Source: Eledone cirrhosa (lineage: Eukaryota). From it: DNA of 64,000 bases. Shown piece by piece: positions 26,646 to 41,884 of the stretch (positions are counted from its first letter, which is position 1; each line of letters begins with the position of its first letter). The translations under genes were made by a program, and so were the position numbers. The notes under the pieces were generated by a model that was not told the origin of the DNA, searched no databases, and was given only the letters and a program-made list of their open reading frames with translations. The DNA is taken from positions 87,730,001-87,794,000 of the forward strand of contig OZ024744.1 in the NCBI GenBank assembly GCA_964016885.1, given 5' to 3'.

Positions 26646-27929
26646 TATATATATATGTGTGTGTGTGTTTGTATGTATGTACGTAGGTGTATACTTAAAT
26701 ACATTATATATATAAATGTGTCTGTCTGTCTGTGTATGTGTTTGTCGATCTTTATTCATTCTCGATTCATTTATTTTATTTCTCGTTCAAATATTTTTTA
26801 CTCATTACTTCATTCGATTAACCCTTTTTATAATTGCTTATCTTCCCAATAAATGAAAAATTTTCTTTCACATATACCGTAATTAATATTGTGCATTTAT
26901 TTTCTTTCATTCTCTATTGGTTAAATTATACGTTAAATCTTTTAGTTCTTCATTGAGTCTCATTTTTTCCCTCTTCGCCAGTTGACTCACTGGGCTACTT
27001 TGTAAGCTACACTTTGTTTCGTCCAAGAACCCATTAATTCAATGAATGAATCAATCAATCATTTAAGAATTCAATTAATAACACAATTAAATTTCAATTA
27101 ATTCCTCTTTCATCAAGAGGACTCGTCGCTTAGACGAGACTATAGTCTGTCGACATATATTTCGTTGTCAAAAGCGTGGTACTGGTCGATAATACGTCAC
27201 GCAGAATTTGTCGGCAAATAAACTTTACACTCAGCACCACTTCAATAATGGAGGGGGACTTGCGATAAAACATCGCCACCTTGGAGCCGGAAAATTGTGA
27301 CAAGACTCTCTCGAGCATCCGTGAGACATTCGGAAACGGAACTTGACACCGCCAGTAGTTGAGATATTATACACTCAAAACCCACTCCTCCTTTCACACA
27401 CATACACAAACACCCACACACTTACACACACTTACATACACGCTCACACAGACACGTTTGTATGAACAAATACATTCAAACACTTTCACAGACATACTAT
27501 GGAGCGCGCAGTGTTGTTTGTTGTTCTTTTGCGTTTAGCTTCAGATTAGCCCCAAATGGGCACATTTCTGTCCCAAGTTATCCTAGCTGTGACTTTTCCG
27601 TCTGTTTCGTTTTATATTTATTACTACAGCATCCAATATGATTTTTTTAAAGACGGTAGTATGTGATTTGACTAAATGTGGCTGCTGTTTCTACAGTGTA
27701 GAATATTAATCTATATTGTGGTGTAATATGTACTGTTGTCCTTTAGCGCTTAACCACCCTGGTTGTTTCAGTCGGTGGTCATAAGTCTAAGGTTAAACAA
27801 CGAATATACGGGAGAATACTATAAGTTGTAGGCAAGTGATGTACTCCTTCTTGGATTCTTTCACATAGGTAATATTCGTGAAACATATACATATACACCA
27901 GGTCCGCTCTCCGCATCTCTCATTATTAT

Positions 27930-28072
27930 AGCATAGTTACGTCCCTTTACGGTCTGAGTTCAAATCCCGTCGAGGTTAACTTTGACTTTCATCCTTACCG
28001 GGTCGATAAAATAAAGTACCAGTAATGAACTGGGTATTTGCTGGCCTTGTGCCACAAGTTGAAACAATTATA
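27930..28072 (+). mobile_element. 5'-truncated SINE family 1
   Basis: B box and body match the consensus. Confidence 0.85.
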
Positions 28073-28084
28073 AGAAAATGGGGG

Positions 28085-28252
28085 TCCACGCACTGGCCGC
28101 CCGATGACCTCGGCGGACAAAATCGAGAAGATGTCTCCCCGAATGATGGTGAAAGAAACGCGCTGGAAGTGTCATACCAGCTCGTGAGAGTCACTCCTGA
28201 GGGTAGCCAACTCTGTGTCTATGGTGATCAGTAGGGAGGAGGCCCTAGGGCC
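28085..28252 (-). mobile_element. CRE-like non-LTR retrotransposon C-terminal fragment
   Basis: Reverse complement translates GPRASSLL...HFQRVSFTIIRGD, resembling the FQR.S..I.RGN terminal motif; homologous to 37836-38050. Confidence 0.55.
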
Positions 28253-28962
28253 AAGGAGTGCAAAATTCAAAGCATGAATATTCCGTTTTTGATTTGACTT
28301 TTTTTTATCCTGACGCAAAAGAGTTGTGGAATTGTCAGAGTTGGTTGAGCATCGGATAAAGAGCTATTGCTGTATTTGTTCGGGATTTTTACGTAGTAGT
28401 TAACTTTTTACGCTGTAGTTAACTTTGCTTTTTTTTCCTTCCAAAGTCGATAAATAAAGTACCGACTAAATACATGGGTCAGTCAATTTAAGGAACTTAC
28501 CATTCCCCACACATTAATCGCTTTATGAATCAATTATAAACAGTTATTATTCTGATTCTGAGGGCAGAGGATTACCAAAAGCGTTAGAGCATCGGACAAA
28601 ATGATTTGTATATACACATACATAGACAAAACTTACATGTATGCACACACATAAATACATACAGAACATATACAGAACATATACACAAACGTACACACAT
28701 ACATACACTCACGCACAAACGCATACACATACATACTAGTAAAGCACACGTCATCTTGACGACTTTTATTGTAAAAAACATCTTTAAATTAATCATTCCT
28801 TTATTACATTCTATTTGAAGACGCTGGAAAGTTCTATTTTCATTGAAAATGTGCGGCCGTCGCCGTGTGTTTTATTTTACCCTCATGTAACTCAATTGCA
28901 ATAATTTTCTTCCATATTTTCATTAATCATTATCAATCATATATATATATATATAAATATAT

Positions 28963-29475
28963 TCTATATATATAAAAGCGAGGATGTGTGTGTGTGTCTA
29001 TGGACAACTTAGGACAGCTAAGGCTTTTACAATTCACAACCGAATTTGACCAAATTTTCTGCGCACGTTGCACCTGTCGCTAAGATGGTCACATCACAAA
29101 CATTTTTCAAATCGACCCATGTTCAGCAATAAAAAATCGATAGCAAAATTATTTTTTCTAAAGTGCGGTATTTTTTCTAAAGTAAGGTAGAAATCAATCA
29201 AAACAAAATCCTTATGGGACTTTCCATTCAAACTGTTGGGACCTACAACATTTCAGCTGTAGCTTGCACATTTTTTGTCACTCGCGACAAAGTTGTAGGC
29301 GTTTATTCTCTGCACTACAAGGCTATTAAGCGAGCATCGATTGTCTTCTAAGTCAGATACCTGTGTCAGCAAACCCATAAAAACTAAATCCTTATGGGAT
29401 TTTCCATTCAATTACTTCCTAGCTGTATATTCTTAGCATAATTTCAATACCCGGGCAACGCCGGGTAAATCTGCT

Positions 29476-29477
<2 letters not shown>
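28963..29477 (+). mobile_element. Non-autonomous Helitron
   Basis: 5' TCtatatatataaaa; 3' hairpin acccgggcaacgccgggt followed by CTTG (CTAG variant). Confidence 0.75.
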
Positions 29478-29528
<51 letters not shown>

Positions 29529-29577
29529 TAAATTACCATGCCATTATTCTGTCAATCGATCCAGCATAGACAGATAG

Positions 29578-30413
29578 ATTTCTTTATTTGCCACAGGGGC
29601 GTACAAAAATGGGACATTACAAGACATTGGGGGTGTTACGTAAAATCTAAATAATAAAATATTAACAATAATAATGGATAACAACAACATATATACAAAA
29701 AAAAACAATTGAAGTCCCCAATAGGGGGAACGTTACTGCGGGGTTGTTTTACACCCCGTGGATAGAACAACCCTCGACACCAAGAGCATGTTGTGTAGGC
29801 GTTCTCGTCTTCCCTCTGTTTGTCTTTCTCAACCTACAGGTTTATATACAGAGAAGGCCCATTCACTCGGGCCATTTTCGCCACATTCACCCATCTTTCA
29901 GCGAATTTACTGGGGTGTAGCACCTCTCTCTCCACTCTCACCTTCCTTCTGAGGTGGTACTTAAAGAAGGGGATTAGTTGTTGTCCGGACAGAAAGGTGT
30001 TTGCCCTCAGTCCTTTTAACCTCGTCCACCATATTAGCTTTTTTGCCATCGCCACCAGACAGAGGAAAACCGCTTTCATTCTTAAATGAAAATGGCGGCG
30101 TGATCCTCACGATGGACTCGGCTGACAACTGGATGCGTCCTACACGTGACAGTAGTTGTTCGACATAACTCCACGGGTCGGACACCCTTGAGCACTGAAA
30201 AATTGCGTGCAGGGCGGTTTCAATATCCTGCTCGCATCTGGGACAGGTGCTATGGGCAGGATCTCTGCCAGGGCGCCCGTCCCTGTAGATTTTATCTCGC
30301 ACTGGTAGAGATCCGCGGTAGCACTGCCAGGCCAGAGACCTCTGGAAGTTATCCATAGGCCCTGGACGCAGAGTCCTCCCGAACAGACTGGTCAGTTCGT
30401 CATCTTCGATGCC

Positions 30414-30414
<1 letters not shown>
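29578..30414 (-). mobile_element. 5'-truncated L1/Tx1-like LINE (3' end, zf-RVT region), diverged subfamily
   Basis: LAWQCYRGSLPVRDK...CPRC...ETALHAIFQC; AATAAA followed by a (TATC)-like tail. Confidence 0.9.
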
Positions 30415-30459
<45 letters not shown>

Positions 30460-30699
30460 TGTTTCTTTATTAGCCATTGGGGCACAAAAGAAGGGGACAA
30501 ATACAAAGGGGGAAGTTTACATACAATAAAAACGTGAAAAAATGTTATCACAAATGCAATTTAAAAAGTTAGTCGATTTTCCCCACTAGGGGGAGACAGT
30601 TTATATGGGTAACACATACTCCCGAAAAAATGTGCAACCCTCATCTCCAGGAGTACGAAGAATTTGTACTCCTTTCCTCTCCTCCTCCTTTTCCTCAAC

Positions 30700-33600
30700 C
30701 TACAGGCTGATATAGAGAGAAGGCCCATTCACTCGGGCCATTCTCGCCACTTTCACCCACCTTTCATAAAACTTGCTGGGGTACAGCACCTCTCTCTCCA
30801 TCCTGATTCTTCTTCCAAAGTGGTATTTGAAAAAAAGAATCAGTTGTTGGCCGGAGAGAAAGGTGTCTGACCTCAGCCCTTTCAACCTTGTCCACCATAC
30901 AACCTCTTTCGCCATAGCTATCACACAAAGGAAAACTGCCTCTCCTTCGTTTTTGAAGGAGGGTGGCGGTTTGATCATGACAATGAACTCGGTGGTCAAC
31001 CGGATTGGTCCCATCCGCGACAATAATCGTTCTACTTATAACCGCAGGTCAGTGACGCCCGGGCAGTGTATGAATGCGTGCGCGACGGTTTCTTCGTCTC
31101 GCACGCACCTCGGACAGATCTTTGTTGCAGGATCCCTGCCCGGGCGCCCATGTCTGTAGAGCTTGTCTCGAACTGGTAGAGCTCCTCGGTAGCACTGCCA
31201 GGCCAGGGACTTTTGGAAGTTGTCCATCGGTCCCGGGCGGAAAGTCCTACCGAACAGACTGGCCAGTTCATCTTCCTCTACCCCTAGAGTTTCACCGAGG
31301 GCGTCGTTGCACTTGCTGCGGATCAACCCTCTATAGAATGACGAAGTGGATTCTCCACTGATCGCCGGGTCCGCCTGTCAGAGGGCTGTGAGCGCCTGAG
31401 CACATTCGATGTGCCAGTCGCCCATTTTCCTCGGTCTTTGCTTGACCAAGGACTGCAGCTTGGTCAGCGAGACGAGTCGTGGGAAGGCTCGCCTCACGAA
31501 CGGGGTCCACACCGGTTGTCCGGTAAAGAATACGTAGAGATGCCGCAGCGTGAGCGCGTGTTTGTAGTAGATGGCGGACGCTATAAAAGTGTTCGCCACC
31601 TCCGCTCGACCGTTCAAGGATTGTTTGCACTCGGCCCACTTCTGGGTGAGTGCAAACACCTTGGCCGTCACTTCGTTCCAGTTCTTCTCTACCTGGAGAT
31701 CCGGACCAAACCAGACCCCGAGCAGCTTTACCGGTCCTTCCGTCCAGAGTCCGACGACGCCATCGGAAGGCATCGGTTTGCCTCTCCACGATCCGAGTTG
31801 CAAACCGATGGACTTGTCCCGGTTCAGCTTCGCTCCTGTGAAACTTTCGTATTCATTCAGTAAGGTGCCGACTTCCTCGATTTGCGAGGTGCTCGACACC
31901 ATTACTGTCACGTCGTCGGCGTAGGCCGACGCCGCTTTCCGCAGTCCCGGTTCCAGAGGGATGCCCTTCAATAGCTCCAACTTCCGGAGTAGTGGCTCGA
32001 GAGTCAGTCCGTACAGAAGGGAGGAGAGAGGGCATCCCTGTCGAATGGATCGCATAATATGGAACGACCCCGAGAGGTAGCCGTTCACCTTAACCCTTGA
32101 GCAGATGTTGCTGTTGTGCATTGCAGCAATCCAGCCCCTGAACACGGGTCCCAAGCCTGCCGCCTCGAGCACCGCATCCAGGTAACGATGGTTAACCCTA
32201 TCGAAAGCCTTTGACTGATCCAAGTGGATCAGGGCCCCACCGAAGTCGGGTTTACACAATACCCTCTCTATGATGTATCGCATAAGGTGGAGGTTGTCGT
32301 GTATGGACCTGGTGGGGATTGCGCATGTCTGCGCTTCTCCCACCAGGTTCCCGACGACAAGCGCCAGCCTTTTTGCCAACACCTTGGCCAAAATCTGTAA
32401 CTCTGTGGGTAGCAGAGTTATGGGCCGGAAGTTTCCTATGTCATCCCCCTTATTTCGGTCCTTCCTGACTAGTGTGACTACGCCCCCGGTCACAGAACTG
32501 GAAATTCTCCCGTTCTCTTGCCAGTTGCAGTAGACCGCTACCAGGAGATCGGAGAATAAGTCCGGCATTGCTACGTAAAATTCGTAGGGTAGACCGTCGA
32601 GGCCTGGAGATTTGCGTTTGCGCATTGGCTCAACGCGTCCCTTATCTCAGCGGCTGAAATCGGCTTTTCGCAGAACTTTTCCTCGCTGTCCGAGAGTCGC
32701 GGTAGGCCGTCGAGGTATGGACCGAAATCCATAGCCCCTCCCGGCGCGCCGCCCCGCACGAACAGTTGAGCAAAGTGCCGCTGAAAGGCCGCATACATCT
32801 GCTTCGGCTCACGTATCACGCGTCCGTTTTGGTCCTTTAAAGACCGAATCGTGAACTTGTTGCCACTTTTTGCCTCCGTCACTCGGGCCCAGCTAATAGC
32901 TTTGGCTCCCTCGTTTCCCAGAGCACGTATTTTGCTTCTGACAACGGAGCCCCCGTGCTTTGCGTCGAAGAACTGGTCCAAGGCCGTTCTCGTTGCTAGC
33001 ACGCTGGCTACGTTGCCACTTCTAATTGCCTCTTCTACTTTATCTACCAGTTCCTTCTCGGTTCTATTTCTATCTAACGCTAATTCTTTACTAAAACCTA
33101 TCGAGTCTAATCTAACTGCCCTCTTGAGAGAGTACCACCATCTGTTGTTGACAATGGCCCCTGTCAAGTACTGTTTAACTAAAGTGCTAATCCGTCTACT
33201 GTAGGCTTTCCTTGTCGGTAACAACAAGTTCAGCTTCCAGTAGCCGGGTCCTTGTCTATTGGTTCTATCAAGGTTGGCCATGCAGGTCACTAGTTTGTGA
33301 TCTGAATAGGCAACCATGAACATTTGTAGACAGCTTAACATGTCCCTATCCTTATTTCTAACTAGAACCCTATCTAGATATGATCTAGATGTTCCGCTGC
33401 GATTTGTCCACATCCACAGTGGCACAGTCGGAATATCTAGTCGATATCTATCGGCCAGGTCAAATCGGTCGATTAACTGTTTGAGGCTGTTACACCCCCC
33501 TTTATCGGGACATGCTCCCACATAGTCCCAACGTTGACGGTAGTGAAGGCACCACCCTCACTACCGTCAACGTCTAGGACCACCAGTCGATCCTCCGGGT

Positions 33601-33861
33601 CTAGATGTACGTCTGTGTTACGAGGCCCAGGTGTTTTCGCAACAAAACGGCAACCTCGCCCCCACCTCCCGGCCGACAGAGAGGTGCGTAGATCTCAAAG
33701 TCATCGAAGATGGGGGCTAGCTGGCGCTCGCTGTGGATAATGGACTCGCAAATGGCTACCACATCCATACTGTGCGACCTGAGGTCGTTTAAGAATTTGC
33801 CCTGTTTCCAGGGCAGCCCCAGGCCGCGTACGTTCACACTTGCAACTCTTATATTGGTCAT
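30700..33861 (-). pseudogene. LINE ORF2 (APE endonuclease + reverse transcriptase), frameshifted
   Basis: VASVNVRGL, SYLDRVLV, SDHKLV, GYWKLN, KSPGLDGLP, DQSKAFDRV, IRQGCPLS, YADD and CPRC..ET..H are spread over several frames. Confidence 0.95.
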
Positions 33862-35820
33862 GTTGGTGCTGAAAAGTTAAAAGAGGAAAAGAGATCACTC
33901 ACCCTTCGTCTCCTGGGGACCTGGCTGCACGATTTCGATGGGGGTGTTGGAGGGGTTGCCTGGGTGGGTGGTGGTTTCCGGCAGGGTGGGGACGGAGATG
34001 TTTGGTGGGGTGGGGTCTGGTGGCATGGGGGTGTCTGGGTGGGGAGACATTTGAGAAGGACGCGGTTAAGTGGTTTCACGCAGGAATTCCCCACATCCTT
34101 TTCAAATGTTTCTTTTAGGAACCTATAAGTTTGTATAGGGACCCTAATCAGTTTTAGGTTCAGTTTTTTGTTATTTTTAATAGAGTGCGCGAAAGTTTTC
34201 CCTTCAGTTTTCAGCGAAGGGTTGTTCGTGATGGTCTCCATTAGTGTTTTGTTTTCAGTGTTTATGTAAGTGTAAGTGTAATTTTCTTGTGTTGTGTTTG
34301 TTTTTGTCTGTAGTTCTTGTGTGTGCTTTCGTTTTGTTGTAGGTATTTTGTTTTCAGGAGGTGGGGGTTTTTGTTTGTGATGTTTTTGTTGTTTGTGTTG
34401 CTGGTTGTATGTTTGTGGTAGTGTTTGCTGGTTTTTTGCTTTTGTGATGTCTTTTCTTTCTTTTCGAGCGATGGGGTTCTCCCTCGTCTTCACTGGGTGA
34501 TGGCGAGATAGCCTCATCTGTTGTATCGTCTGTGTGATTGGGGAGGGGTATGTCTTGGGGAGCTGTTGTGTCTGAATGTGATTTTGCAGTGGTTTTAGGT
34601 GGAGTGGGGTTGGGTGGGACTGTGTTTGTTGTGGTTATTTTTGTGTGTTTGTGTTGTTGTTGTGGTGTTGGTGGTTGTGTTGTTTTGATGGGTATCGGCA
34701 GAAGAGTCTTTTTTTGACTCATTAATTTAGGACAGGAAGCCCTCAGGTGACCCCTGCTAAAGCAATGGTAACATGAAGGCCGCCTACCCTCAACCGAAAA
34801 GTTTATGTAGCTGAGTCCGTTCAGGAGTACACGTTGTGGGATCATAGCTATTCGCTCTGGGCTCATTTGCACTAGAACTTCAACGCTAGTCCCATTGAAT
34901 ACATCTCTGGGGGACTTTCCTACTGACAGTATTCTGTCTTCATCAAAATTGATGAAGCCGCACAGTATCCACCATATGTTCACCTCTTGTGTGACACTCG
35001 TGATTTTAATCTTTTGTGTCCTTTTTCCCATGTATGCAGGCAAAACGGTATACAGGTTGGATACAATTGACGACACAGAGTAATTTTAGGCCGTCAATTG
35101 ATCCTTCATGAGTACCGAAATACTCCTAAAGAGTTTGCTTCTTTGAATGAATGAAATATCATTCATTGAATTTTTGAAAACCAGTTCAATTTCTTTCTGT
35201 GACAATTGGACTGGTTTTCGGGTAGAATTGGAAACTGTCCTAAAAACTATCGTTTTGAGAGCAGTTTCCTTGCGAATTTCTACCGGAGAATTGATGCTGA
35301 AAGCACCATTTTTTTAGAAAGTGAAATATCTTCTAGCGTCCTTTAAAAGTTGTTCGGCATTTGTTATGTCGAGATATGTCAGTTACTCCTTTTTCTCAAC
35401 TGTCTGTGCAAAGGAGATTTTTGGTTTCTTTGTGGAATTATTCGTGTTGGTGGTGTTGTCATTATTGTTGTTATTGTTGTTGTTATTCTTGTTGTCACTG
35501 ATGTTGATATTATTCGTATTTTCCTTGGTGTTGGTGTTGTTGTTGTCTTTGATGCTGGTGTTATTGGTGTTATCTTTATTTTTTTCTATGTTGTTGTTGT
35601 CATTGTTGTTTTTATCATCATTATTGGTGTTGTTGTTGTTGTTATTTTTGTTGTCATTGAACTGTTTGGTGTCATTTGTGTTGTATGGATATGAATTTGT
35701 TTTTGCATTTTCATTTCGTCTTTCAATCTCCATAGTATCTAGGGAAGAAGACGATGTTGACTGCGAGCTCTGTAGTCTTACCGACTCTCCAGCACCATTA
35801 TCGTTGAACGCAGCGTTCAT
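33858..35820 (-). pseudogene. LINE ORF1 (Gag-like), frameshifted, with Asn/Thr/Pro-rich tracts
   Basis: VEGRRPSCYHCFSRGHLRASCP zinc knuckle; ends overlapping the ORF2 start. Confidence 0.8.
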
Positions 35821-36087
35821 AACGTAATCAAACCTCTTACGATATTTTTTCCAAAATTCGATGGAGAAAATGTTTTCAAACGAATATTTCGCCCCTGTAG
35901 GGGCGAAAATGAGTTGACCCACCACCTGAAGGTCCAGGAGGGGGGGGGGGGGTCAAGTTACACAATAATATAACATTTAACTGAAAACTCACGTTTTTTT
36001 CTTACATAAAATAACGGAAACTTCTCCGCGAAGTTACACACGTCCGGTAGAGAGAGATAGATAGATAGATCGATAGATAGATAGATA

Positions 36088-36621
36088 TATTTCTTTATTA
36101 GCCACAGGGGCACAAAAGAAGGGGACAAATACAAAGGGGGAAGTTTACATACAATAAAAACGTGTAAAATGTTATCACAGATGGAATTTAAAAGTTAGTC
36201 GATTTTCCCCAATAGAGGGAGACAGTTTATATGGGTAACACATACCCCCGAAAAAAATGTGCAACCCTCATCTCTAGGAGTACGAAGAGCTTGTACTCCT
36301 TTCCTCTCCTCCTCCTTTTCCTCAATCTACAGGCTGATATAGAGAGAAGGCCCATTCACTCGGGCCATTCTCGCCACTTTCACCCACCTTTCATAAAACT
36401 TGCTGGGGTACAGCACCTCTCTCTCCATCCTGATTCTTCTTCCAAAGTGGTATTTGAAAAAAAGAATCAGTTGTTGGCCGGAGAGAAAGGTGTCTGACCT
36501 CAGCCCTTTCAACCTTGTCCACCATACAACCTCTTTCGCCATAGCTATCACACAAAGGAAAACCGCCTCTCCTTCGTTTTTGAAGGAGGGTGGCGGTTTG
36601 ATCATGACAATGGACTCGGTG
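36088..36621 (-). mobile_element. 5'-truncated 3' copy of the same LINE
   Basis: Nearly identical to 30460-30993; bounded by (GATA)n on both sides. Confidence 0.92.
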
Positions 36622-36748
<127 letters not shown>

Positions 36749-36811
36749 CTATATAAACAGACAGACAGAAAGAAGGATAGATATTTGGATAGGTAGGTCT
36801 ATAGATACCAG

Positions 36812-36887
<76 letters not shown>

Positions 36888-37067
36888 TAGAGTTAGAGAG
36901 AGATTGTTGTTTATATTGTCTGAAACTAGATAGATATACAATTATCATTTCCTTGAGAAGTCTAGAGCAAACTTTTTCACTTTATACTTACGTTTTTTTA
37001 AGATATGCAAGTATTTATATTGAAACACCAAGTATTTCTGTGCATCTTTCAAAGATTGCATTTATGA

Positions 37068-37534
<467 letters not shown>

Positions 37535-37835
37535 GCCTGCATAACGTACATTATGTCATGTAAATACAAACAGCATTACCAACCACACAATTATCACGTC
37601 TAATAATATCACAATCACCACCTCTACTACCATTTAAATAAACCCAATCATGACCACCACTATTATATTCACTCGCAGCCATACCACTGTCGCCATCTCC
37701 ATTATCACAACTACAATCACAACTGCCACTACTATCCCTTCCACCACCGTTACGCTATCATATCATCTAGACAAGCATCATCTTTACAAGACTGTTGTCA
37801 CCACCACCACCGTTTACACTATCAACATTGGCTAG

Positions 37836-38050
37836 GGTCTTCGTGACTACCAAACATCCTCCAACACCTACATTATTGGCCGTAGGTCTACCTTCCTACT
37901 TACCAGCATTGGCGCTGAGCTGGCCAGCCGCAGCTGTGAGCCCTGCGAGATAGAATGGCTCTTCTAGCGCATCTCCCTTACCATCCTCCGGGGAAACGCC
38001 TTCTTCATCTGTCCGCCGGGGCTGTGGGGAGGCCAACACGTGGGACTCCA
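37836..38050 (+). mobile_element. CRE-like non-LTR retrotransposon C-terminal fragment
   Basis: Translates GRRSTFLLTSIGAELASRSCEPCEIEWLF*RISLTILRGNAF. Confidence 0.6.
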
Positions 38051-39034
38051 TTTGCTCATAATATAGAGAGATGGGGGAGGGTGAGAGAGATAGAGGCGAT
38101 GACTGCGGGGGTTCGGTTCTTCGGTGTTCGGACACAATATTAGCCTGTTGATATGCATGCTCCATTAGACATGTCGTTTATGTCACTTCATCATCAAACC
38201 ATTACCTTCAAAGTAACTTCACTCCCAATCGCACTTCACAGCGCACCACCAGCTTCTTCATAGTCACCACTACCATATTTGCAGAATAATCATCCAAGAA
38301 CCTAGACAAACAGCCAGAAATCCAGTCTAACTCCACATCCATGTACCAATTGAAAATTAGCCGTGCGGGCACTTTGTGACCAGCTAACCAGTCAATCAGA
38401 CAACCAGCCTTACAGAAAACCAGCCAAGCAAACAGGACACAACTTGCTAGCCAACCAATCAAACAGGCGACAAGCAAATCAGCTGACCAGTCGCTTAGCC
38501 ACTGAGTCGATAAGGCAAACATCCTCCAGGCAACCTAACCGAGCAGCTAACCAACCAGCCAGACAGACAGCAAGCCGATTAGCCAACCAGTGGACGAGGA
38601 ATCTAAGCCGATCAAATAATCGGGCGATCAGCCAGCCAGCCTAGCGACCAGGCAACGACTCGATAAGCTAATCAACAGAATAGGCTACCAGCCGATCAGT
38701 CAACAAGACCAGCCAGCCAACCAGCCAACTAGCCATCCGAACAGCCCAGTTAACGAACAGTCAGTCAATAAGCAGAACAGGGAAGAAGCCGACCAGGTAA
38801 CCAGCCGACAAGACAACCAGCTAGTCTGCCAACCAGTCAATCAACCAGCTAGACCGACCAATTTCCACGAAAGATTCCGATAGTTATCTCTTATGAACGA
38901 TATGTTTCAATTCTACACCAGACAAATGCTCAATTGAACATATCACATCTATTAAATATCAAACTGGTAAGTGTTTGACAGAGGGTAATAACTGAATGAC
39001 TTGCTCACCAGATATTTCCTACACACACAGATGC

Positions 39035-39070
<36 letters not shown>

Positions 39071-39690
39071 CTTCATTTCACGCATTCAAACGCAGAGAAC
39101 AGACACTAATAAACTACATAAACACACGCATAAATACACGTGCACACATACATACACACCAACACACACACATATATATATATACATATATGCATACATA
39201 TATATATTCTTCTGTGTATATATGTATGCTTATGGGTGGATGTACATGCACAAACAGCAGTCACACACATATTCTCGCCTACAACACACACTTACACCCA
39301 CACACACAAACACACACACTTACACGCACATACCCATATATATATACAAACATTAATACATACATACACATATACTAAAGGCATACACACTTGCTGATTC
39401 ACATAACTGTATACACAACATACACAAAAAGGTTAAAGGTTAATAGCAAAATAGCAAAAAAATATTATAATAATAAAAATAATTTCTACCACAAAAAAGC
39501 CCAAGAAAATACGAAAAAAGCGGAAAAAAAAGAAAGGAAAATATAAGAAAGGAATATAAAAACAAAAACATAGCAAACAAAATACAAAAAAAAATATAGA
39601 ATAAAGTGTAAATAAAACTTCTTCCTTCGAATGTTCTGGATTTCTAGAATTCTGTGAGGGCGGAACAAAAAGAAAAACATAAATAACAGC

Positions 39691-39763
<73 letters not shown>

Positions 39764-40124
39764 CGAAAATAAAAAGAAATTAGAAAACTTAGAAAGAAAG
39801 AAGCTGATTAACACAAACAAACAAACAAACAAAACCCATAGTAAACAAATAACATAAATAAAAATAAATAAATAGTTAAATAAATGAATAAGTGAAACCA
39901 GAAAGCGATATGGCTTCCTGATTCGGAGTCGCCATGATGATTTTTTTAAAAATTTTTAGTTTTGTTTTATTTCATTTTATTTCATTTTATTTATTTTATT
40001 TTTTTTTCTGTTGTTGTTATTGTTGTTGTTGTTGCTCTTCTTTTTCTTCTTCTTGATTTTGTTCAACCATCATCATGCAGACATTTATGACCAAATATAT
40101 TCCAGCCGTTCATTCTTTTTTTTT

Positions 40125-40420
40125 TGTTTTATTTTATTTTATTTTATTTTATTTTACTTTATTTTACTTTATTTTATTTTATTTTATTTTATTTCATTTC
40201 ATTTCATTTCATTTCATTTCATTTTATTTTAATTTATTTTATTTTATTTTATTTTATTTTATTTTATTTCATTTTATTTTATTTCATTTTATTTTATTTC
40301 ATTTCATTTTATTTTATTTTAATTTATTTTATTTTATTTTATTTTATTTTATTTTATTTCATTTTATTTTATTTCATTTTATTTTATTTCATTTCATTTT
40401 ATTTTATTTTTTATTTTACC
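40125..40420. repeat. (TTTTA)n/(TTTCA)n pentanucleotide tract
   Basis: Direct inspection. Confidence 0.95.
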
Positions 40421-40698
40421 TTTTTTTTAAATTTATATTTTATTAAAGCAATTCGTAGCCAGTTCAAGTCATTTACCGGTCTTCGAGAATACATCAACTG
40501 ATTTTTTTTTTGTGAGGCGGAGGAGGAGAAGGAGGCGGGGTTTGTCAAAACAAGTTTTTGTCTCGACTACTTCGCTTAAATAAATTCTCGCAATTTCACC
40601 GTTTTTCGACTTCTATCCATCACAACCACAACCACCACCACCAGCTCCATCATCGCCGTCGCCGCCTCCACCGCCTCCACTAGCATGACAACCACCAT

Positions 40699-40754
<56 letters not shown>

Positions 40755-41884
40755 GTAGTAGTAGTATTAACCCCCTCACACGACTAACAACACTGCTTTG
40801 AACCAACATCAACATCCACCACCACCACCACCACCACCTCCAGCTCCACAACCAACACCATCTCTAGCTCCACCACCAACACCGCCACCACCACCACCAC
40901 TACCACTATTACTCCCCTCGACACGACTAACCACATCGCTTCAACCAACAGCAATAACATCGTCATTACTAACAGCAATAAAAAAAAAACAACCCCCGTC
41001 CAATCAACACACCCATCACTACCAACGTCAGAGTCAACAACACCACCACCACCACCACCACCACCACCACCACTACCCTACTACTAACATATCAACCTAT
41101 TTATCTTCCTCCCTCGTTTTCAATGGTGTGTCGTCGTCTTTGTCGTCGTCATCATCGTTATGAATAACAGCTGGGGCATCACTACGACCATTATCGTTAA
41201 CAACAGAGGTTATCTTTGTCTTTCATCCTTACGGGGTCGATAAAATAAAGTACCAGTCACGCACTGGTGTCTATTTAATCCTACTTGCCCCTCTCCCCGA
41301 AATTGCTGGCCTTGTGCCTATATAAGAAACGATTATCGTTAACTTCACTAACAAAGAGACGAAGTGCCTCCTGCGTGGATGTTCGACCTGCTAGACATAG
41401 CAGCCAAATCTCTCTCAGCTTACTACACCATCTTACATCAGAGCGCGGGTACATTAGCTGATGTAGTCATATATGATACATTACTAAAATTTCGGGATGT
41501 TCATAGCTACAAAAAACTTGATTATGTTTCCTCGATCTACACACATCAGTATCAAAAGTAAATATGGCTGCGATCGCTCATCATGCTAATTATACAAAAC
41601 AAATTTATATTTAAAAAATCACAATCTGCCATCTTAATAAACGAAGGAACACGAGTGAGAATGCAGATCTAGATAGGATGAAAAAGGTTGGAATGTATTT
41701 AATCATATGTCTAAGACACCGATTCTCAACGTGGGGACTACCACCCTCCAGGGGCATTGAGAAGGTCCAGGAGGTACTGGGGCTTAAGGAGACGGTGGTG
41801 GGATGCCATGAATTTATTATTTATAATATTATTATACTATTTTGTATATATGATATAATAATATATAAAGTATCAAATGATACA

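Larger units (their letters stand above)
30460..36048 (-). mobile_element. Near full-length L1/Tx1-like LINE (~5.6 kb) flanked by (GATA)n
   Basis: ORF1 with a CCHC knuckle; ORF2 with APE endonuclease, RT and zf-RVT; AATAAA at the 3' end. Confidence 0.95.
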